Of a DNA stretch of 20,000 nt, positions 15,376 through 20,000 are shown piece by piece. A program made the position numbers and the translations under genes. Position 1 is the first letter of the stretch; every line of letters begins with the position of its first letter. Where the stretch lies: the IMG/VR virus record IMGVR_UViG_3300047375_000936. The stretch is one strand, 5' to 3'. The notes under the pieces are model-generated. The model was not told the origin of the DNA, did not search any database, and was given only the letters and a program-made list of their open reading frames with translations. This DNA is from an uncultured virus (IMG/VR IMGVR_UViG_3300047375_000936). Its lineage: Duplodnaviria > Heunggongvirae > Uroviricota > Caudoviricetes.

Positions 15376-18300
15376 GAGCAGTTGACAGATTTGAACAACG
15401 AAGTAAAACAGTGTATAATGGACAAGATGTTTTAAAAAATCATTTTTTACATGGATATCCAAAGCACTATACTGATGATACAATGGATTATAGTATTGTT
15501 GAACAATATAAAGACCACGACTACGTTTGGATTATTGATAAACGTATCGAAACACTTAGAACGTTTCCGTGGCATTTTAAACCTACTACCCTTGGCGAAT
15601 ACAAATTTCCATATGTATACAAACGTAGTAAAAGAATACTTAGTTGGGAAAAAGTTAAACTAGTACCAACAAAGCCTTATACAGATGTGTTTGAGGAAAA
15701 GCATATTTGTGCAAAATATGATGTACTTGCAGGTAAGACATCGTTTGATGTTTTCTACGGTATAACATATGCAGAAGCACAAGAAAAAACTACAACTGAT
15801 ATGTTTTGGTTAGTTCCTGATGACGTTGAAGTAAGTGATTTTTTTAAGTTTACATACATGCCTGACGATTGGAGTCAAAAGTATGTGCATGTATTTCGTA
15901 ACGGAGACAAAGAAAACAAAGACGGAATTATACTTGCTCCAAAAAATTATACACCAACCGATAATGAATTACTACACAGGTTTTATGCAGAGAAAAAAGA
16001 AATTAGTATTCTAGCAAGTAGACCAAAACCGTTTCCTGCATATTCATTTAGTACATATGAAGAATATACTAATGCTATTGATAATTTAGAAGTTGATATG
16101 TGTTGGTGGATACCTGATGATGTAGATATAAATTCTGAATTTGAGTTTATGTATATACCTCACAGCAATCAATATGATAGACATATAAATCATGTCTTTT
16201 TAAACGGTGATAGTTACGATGGTGTTATGTTACTAAGCAAATATTGTAGAATTAGTGAGCGTGAATTCAGACATCGATTCTTAGGAGTAAAAAAAGAACA
16301 CGAGGTAGTAGCAAGTCTGCCAAAAAAGTTTGATACGTTTGTAGTAAATAACTATTCAGATTACAAACGTGCAATGAAGAATAGCAGAACAGAAATGTTC
16401 TGGAGTGTTCCAGATGATGTAAAATTAACAAACGATCTAAATTTATATTTTTCGCATCACGATATGTATAATAGAAATATTACACATGTGTTTAAAAATA
16501 ACAACACATATGACGGTGTAGCACTATGCAGTAAAAATATAGAAATTACTAGGAAAGAAATTGAACACCGTTTTTATTCAGAAAAAAAAGAACACAACAT
16601 AATCTATAGTACTCCAAAAACATTTGATTATTTTGAAATAGAAACATACGAAGATTATCTAGAAGCTAAAGAAAACTCAACAACTGATATGTTTTGGATG
16701 AGCAGTCCGCAACTTAGAATATATCAAAAGTGCTTAGACGAGTTTTACATTAGTCACCATAATATAATTGATCGAAATCAAACTCATGCATTTTTGCACA
16801 GTTGTGATGATAAAATATGCTTCAACGGTGTTTTTCTTATACCTAAAAAAATTACACTTACTGAAAACGAAATTTTACACAGACATCCTGTAAATAGAAA
16901 AGAACACAATACAGTGTTTAGTATACCAGCGCCATATGAGTATTTTCAAATTGACTCGTATGACGAATACTTGTATGCACTTGAAAATTCTAAAACAGAA
17001 ATGTTTTGGATGAGCAGTCGAAATATTAATACTAGTCAATTTGATTTTGATTTTGTTTTTAATCATACAGACACATATGACAGAAATATAAACCATGCTT
17101 ACCTGCACAAAATTGATGATAATGAATACTTGTTTAATGGTCTATTTTTATGTAGCAAAACTTGCACACTTACACAAAAAGAAGTTGAACACCGACATTT
17201 AGCAAAAGTAAAACAACATAGTACATTAGGTAGTACCGTAATTGTGTATAATAAATTTGTTATCGATACTTACGACGATTACTTATATGCACTTGAAAAC
17301 TCTAAAACAGAAATGTTTTGGGGCGTTGGTAGTAACCTAAAAGACTATGACGATTTTGATTTTGATTTGTACTTTTCTCATAATAACAGTTATGATAGAA
17401 CATCGAATCATGCGTTTTTAAATCAAGGTTACGAAAACGTTGATTATAATGGTTATTTTCTGTTTAGCAAACATAAGACAGTTACACAAAAAGAAATTGA
17501 ACACAGGCATATTGTAAATGCAAAAGAATGGGATATTGTAGCAAGCTCATATGGCGACTATGATATATGTTTTGTTGATACCTACGACGAATATTTAAAA
17601 GCAATGGACGAAAGTATTACTGAACTCTTTTGGGCTGTAAGTCGTAATATTAATATCGATAACTATGATTTTGACTTAGCATTTGATCATCATAATACAT
17701 ACGATAGATTTCAAAATCATACATTTATTCACAATGCAAAAGGTCAACAAACACGCAACGGAGTATTTTTATTAAGTAAACATAAACCAATTACACAAAA
17801 AGAAATTGAACATAGACACTTAGTTGATGCTAAACATTGGGATATTGAAGCCAGTCAAGAATGCATTTATAATATGTTCCTTGTTGAAACTTATAACGAT
17901 TACCTTGACGCAATGGAAAATAGCGATACTGAAATGTTTTGGGGATATAGTAATAATATCGATTTTTCAGAATTTGACGAAAGCGAATATTATTTTTCTC
18001 ATGATAACTTTTATGATCGAAATATTAATCATACATTTGTACATTTGGTTGGAGACTTTGAATATCGCAATGGCATGTTTTTGTTTAGTAAACACGCACC
18101 AGTTACACAAAAAGAAATTGAACATAGGCATTTAGTAAAAGCAAAGCATTGGGACGATATTGCAAGTTTTCCTGTAAACTATCAAAAGTTTGTTATAAAC
18201 AATTACAACGATTACTTAGCAGCTATGCAAAATTCAAAAACTGAAATGTTTTGGGCAATACCTAGTGATGTTGAAGTTGATATTAATTTTGAATTTGATT

Positions 18301-19787
18301 TATACTTTACACATGATAATACTTACGATAGAAATATTACACATATCTTTAAAAACGGAGAACATTGGGATGGTGTTGCACTATTTTCAACACATTCGCC
18401 TGTAACGGAACAAGAAATTAATCACCGTTGGTATGCTCATAGAAAAGAACATGATGTTATTATAAGTCAGCCAAAACCATTTCCAGTTTATAATATTGAA
18501 ACTTATGATGATTATCTTAATGCATATGATACATCGCCCTCAGAGATGTTTTGGGCAACAACTCCAAATATTAAAATTAATGAAGACTTTGATTTAAGTT
18601 TATATTTTAGTAGACACAACAGCTATGATAGAACAATAAATCATACGTTTATACATAGAGTAGACGATAACGATTATCACAATGGATTATTCTTATGTAC
18701 TAAACACGCTCCGTTAACTGAAAAGGAAATTGAACATAGATTAATTGCTCGTAGGAAAGAACACGATGTTGTTGCTAGTGGTCCTGTGCAATACGAAAAG
18801 TTTGTTATTAATACATACAAAGATTATGAAAACGCAATAAAGAAATCTAAAACAGAAATGTTTTGGATGATTCCACCAGAAGTAAATGTAAGTGATGATT
18901 TTAAATTTGATTTATATTTTACACATAATCAATGGTTTGAAAGAGAAACAAATCATGTGTTTTTAAATGGCGATGCTAGAGACGGGATAAGTCTAATCAG
19001 TAAAACTAGTCCAGTTACACAGCGTGAAATAGATATGCGTTTCTTAACCAACAAAAAAGAATACAATGTAGTTGCAAGTACACCTACACTTTATGATATT
19101 GTGTTTATTAGCAAAGATGAAGAACATGCAGATAATAATTATAAATTATTAACTGATAGATTTCCTCGTGCAAAACGTGTACATGGAGTAGAAGGTATTC
19201 ATGCTGCACACATTGAAGCTGCAAAGTTGTGTAAAACTGATATGATTTGGATTGTTGATGCTGATGCCGAAATAGTAGAAAACTTTAACTTTGATTATTA
19301 CGTGCCGGCATACGACCCTGATAGTAGAAAAACTGTACATGTATGGAAATCACAAAATCCAGTAAACGGATTGATATACGGATACGGTGCTGTAAAATTA
19401 CTTCCAAGAGAACTTACATTAAATATGGATACTAGCAAACCAGATATGACAACTAGTATTAGTCCACTGTTTAAAACAATCAATCGTATTAGTAATATTA
19501 CTAAATTTAATACAGATGAATTTAGTACATGGCGTAGTGCGTTTAGAGAATGTGTAAAACTTGCCTCAAGAGCAATCGATGGGCAGTTAGACGAAGAAAC
19601 AGAATTTAGATTAAATGCATGGTGTACTAGAGGCAAAGATAAACAGTTTGGCAATGCGGCGATTAACGGTGCTAATCACGGCAAAAAATACGGAGAATCT
19701 AATAGAGGCAAATTAGAAGCTCTAGTAAAAATTAATGACTTTAATTGGCTACGCAATGAATTTGATAAGTTCAAAAATAGTTTGTAA
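15372..19787 (+). CDS. 1471-aa repeat protein with C-terminal glycosyltransferase-like (GT-A, DXD) domain
   Basis: ATGA overlap with the upstream GT. Eleven tandem repeats (15744-19091) are followed by a domain (19092-19787) with YDIVFIS, GIHAAHIEAAKLCKTDMIWIVDAD (DAD at 19257-19265) and GYGAVKLLP. Confidence 0.8.
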   Translation: MRAVDRFEQRSKTVYNGQDVLKNHFLHGYPKHYTDDTMDYSIVEQYKDHDYVWIIDKRIETLRTFPWHFKPTTLGEYKFPYVYKRSKRILSWEKVKLVPTKPYTDVFEEKHICAKYDVLAGKTSFDVFYGITYAEAQEKTTTDMFWLVPDDVEVSDFFKFTYMPDDWSQKYVHVFRNGDKENKDGIILAPKNYTPTDNELLHRFYAEKKEISILASRPKPFPAYSFSTYEEYTNAIDNLEVDMCWWIPDDVDINSEFEFMYIPHSNQYDRHINHVFLNGDSYDGVMLLSKYCRISEREFRHRFLGVKKEHEVVASLPKKFDTFVVNNYSDYKRAMKNSRTEMFWSVPDDVKLTNDLNLYFSHHDMYNRNITHVFKNNNTYDGVALCSKNIEITRKEIEHRFYSEKKEHNIIYSTPKTFDYFEIETYEDYLEAKENSTTDMFWMSSPQLRIYQKCLDEFYISHHNIIDRNQTHAFLHSCDDKICFNGVFLIPKKITLTENEILHRHPVNRKEHNTVFSIPAPYEYFQIDSYDEYLYALENSKTEMFWMSSRNINTSQFDFDFVFNHTDTYDRNINHAYLHKIDDNEYLFNGLFLCSKTCTLTQKEVEHRHLAKVKQHSTLGSTVIVYNKFVIDTYDDYLYALENSKTEMFWGVGSNLKDYDDFDFDLYFSHNNSYDRTSNHAFLNQGYENVDYNGYFLFSKHKTVTQKEIEHRHIVNAKEWDIVASSYGDYDICFVDTYDEYLKAMDESITELFWAVSRNINIDNYDFDLAFDHHNTYDRFQNHTFIHNAKGQQTRNGVFLLSKHKPITQKEIEHRHLVDAKHWDIEASQECIYNMFLVETYNDYLDAMENSDTEMFWGYSNNIDFSEFDESEYYFSHDNFYDRNINHTFVHLVGDFEYRNGMFLFSKHAPVTQKEIEHRHLVKAKHWDDIASFPVNYQKFVINNYNDYLAAMQNSKTEMFWAIPSDVEVDINFEFDLYFTHDNTYDRNITHIFKNGEHWDGVALFSTHSPVTEQEINHRWYAHRKEHDVIISQPKPFPVYNIETYDDYLNAYDTSPSEMFWATTPNIKINEDFDLSLYFSRHNSYDRTINHTFIHRVDDNDYHNGLFLCTKHAPLTEKEIEHRLIARRKEHDVVASGPVQYEKFVINTYKDYENAIKKSKTEMFWMIPPEVNVSDDFKFDLYFTHNQWFERETNHVFLNGDARDGISLISKTSPVTQREIDMRFLTNKKEYNVVASTPTLYDIVFISKDEEHADNNYKLLTDRFPRAKRVHGVEGIHAAHIEAAKLCKTDMIWIVDADAEIVENFNFDYYVPAYDPDSRKTVHVWKSQNPVNGLIYGYGAVKLLPRELTLNMDTSKPDMTTSISPLFKTINRISNITKFNTDEFSTWRSAFRECVKLASRAIDGQLDEETEFRLNAWCTRGKDKQFGNAAINGANHGKKYGESNRGKLEALVKINDFNWLRNEFDKFKNSL
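15744..19091 (+). repeat. Eleven tandem ~96-104-aa protein repeats
   Basis: Consensus (Y/F)..F.I.TY.DYL.A..NS.TEMFW.......F.FD.YF.H.N.YDR.I.H.F......(N/D)G..L.SK....T.KEIEHR....KE.D..AS.P. The span is 3348 nt for 11 units. Confidence 0.92.
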
Positions 19788-20000
19788 TTTTTGTTGGTTA
19801 GTTTTGCTACGAAGTGTATTTGCTAATCCGTTATGAAGCGGCTTGGGCCATTTGCTAAAAGTTGCCCAAGCATAGCCGTCGTGCTCATCATTTAATTTTG
19901 GAATAAATTCTTCTTTAATTACACACAAATATGTATGAAAATTAAAAGTATCGTCGTTACTAACAAATGTTTCTAATGGAATAAGTTTTACAATATCAGG
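19749..20000 (-). CDS. NUDIX-hydrolase-like protein, C-terminal part (5' end outside window)
   Basis: The reverse strand reads PDIVKLIPLETFVSNDDTFNFHTYLCVIKEEFIPKLNDEHDGYAWATFSKWPKPLHNGLANTLRSKTNQQKLQTIFELIKFIA-stop. LN.EH..YAW...P.PLH.G is typical of NUDIX C-terminal halves. The Nudix box itself is not in the window. Confidence 0.65.
   Translation of the reverse strand, partial: PDIVKLIPLETFVSNDDTFNFHTYLCVIKEEFIPKLNDEHDGYAWATFSKWPKPLHNGLANTLRSKTNQQKLQTIFELIKFIA

Noticed and set aside
15744..19091. CRISPR-like or DNA-level repeat array (recurring acagaaatgttttgg, acacaaaaagaaattgaaca)
   Set aside because: The recurrences are ~300 nt apart, degenerate at third codon positions, and explained by protein repeats. 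There is no repeat-spacer structure.
15372..19787. Lower GC in the GT-repeat gene as evidence of horizontal acquisition
   Set aside because: It is largely explained by amino-acid composition (F, Y, N, K, I, D rich) compared with the Gly/Ala/Thr-rich fibres.

Overview
AT-rich, gene-dense segment of what is most likely a large T4-like tailed dsDNA phage genome (virion fibre module). On the + strand: (1) the 3' 3.3 kb of a 5'-truncated giant virion/fibre protein whose frame is open from base 1, not 490; (2) a 3575-aa fibre-like protein with a T4 gp37-type N-terminus, a beta-helix-like region, many repeat modules and a C-terminal peptidase S74 chaperone; (3) a 54-aa ORF missed by the ORF track; (4) a 125-aa hypothetical protein; (5) a GT-A (GT2-like) glycosyltransferase; (6) a 1471-aa protein made of 11 tandem ~100-aa repeats plus a C-terminal DXD-containing GT-A-like domain. 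A NUDIX-like gene enters convergently on the - strand. Two observations stand out. First, ~155-170-aa helical repeats in both giant proteins carry a C-x-R-D motif and helix pattern resembling the bilin-binding region of phycobiliproteins. Second, the 11 repeats of gene 6 look like degenerate copies of its own GT core, in a coupled operon next to Ser/Thr-rich fibres, which suggests a virion glycosylation system. All family calls are by eye; no searches were run.
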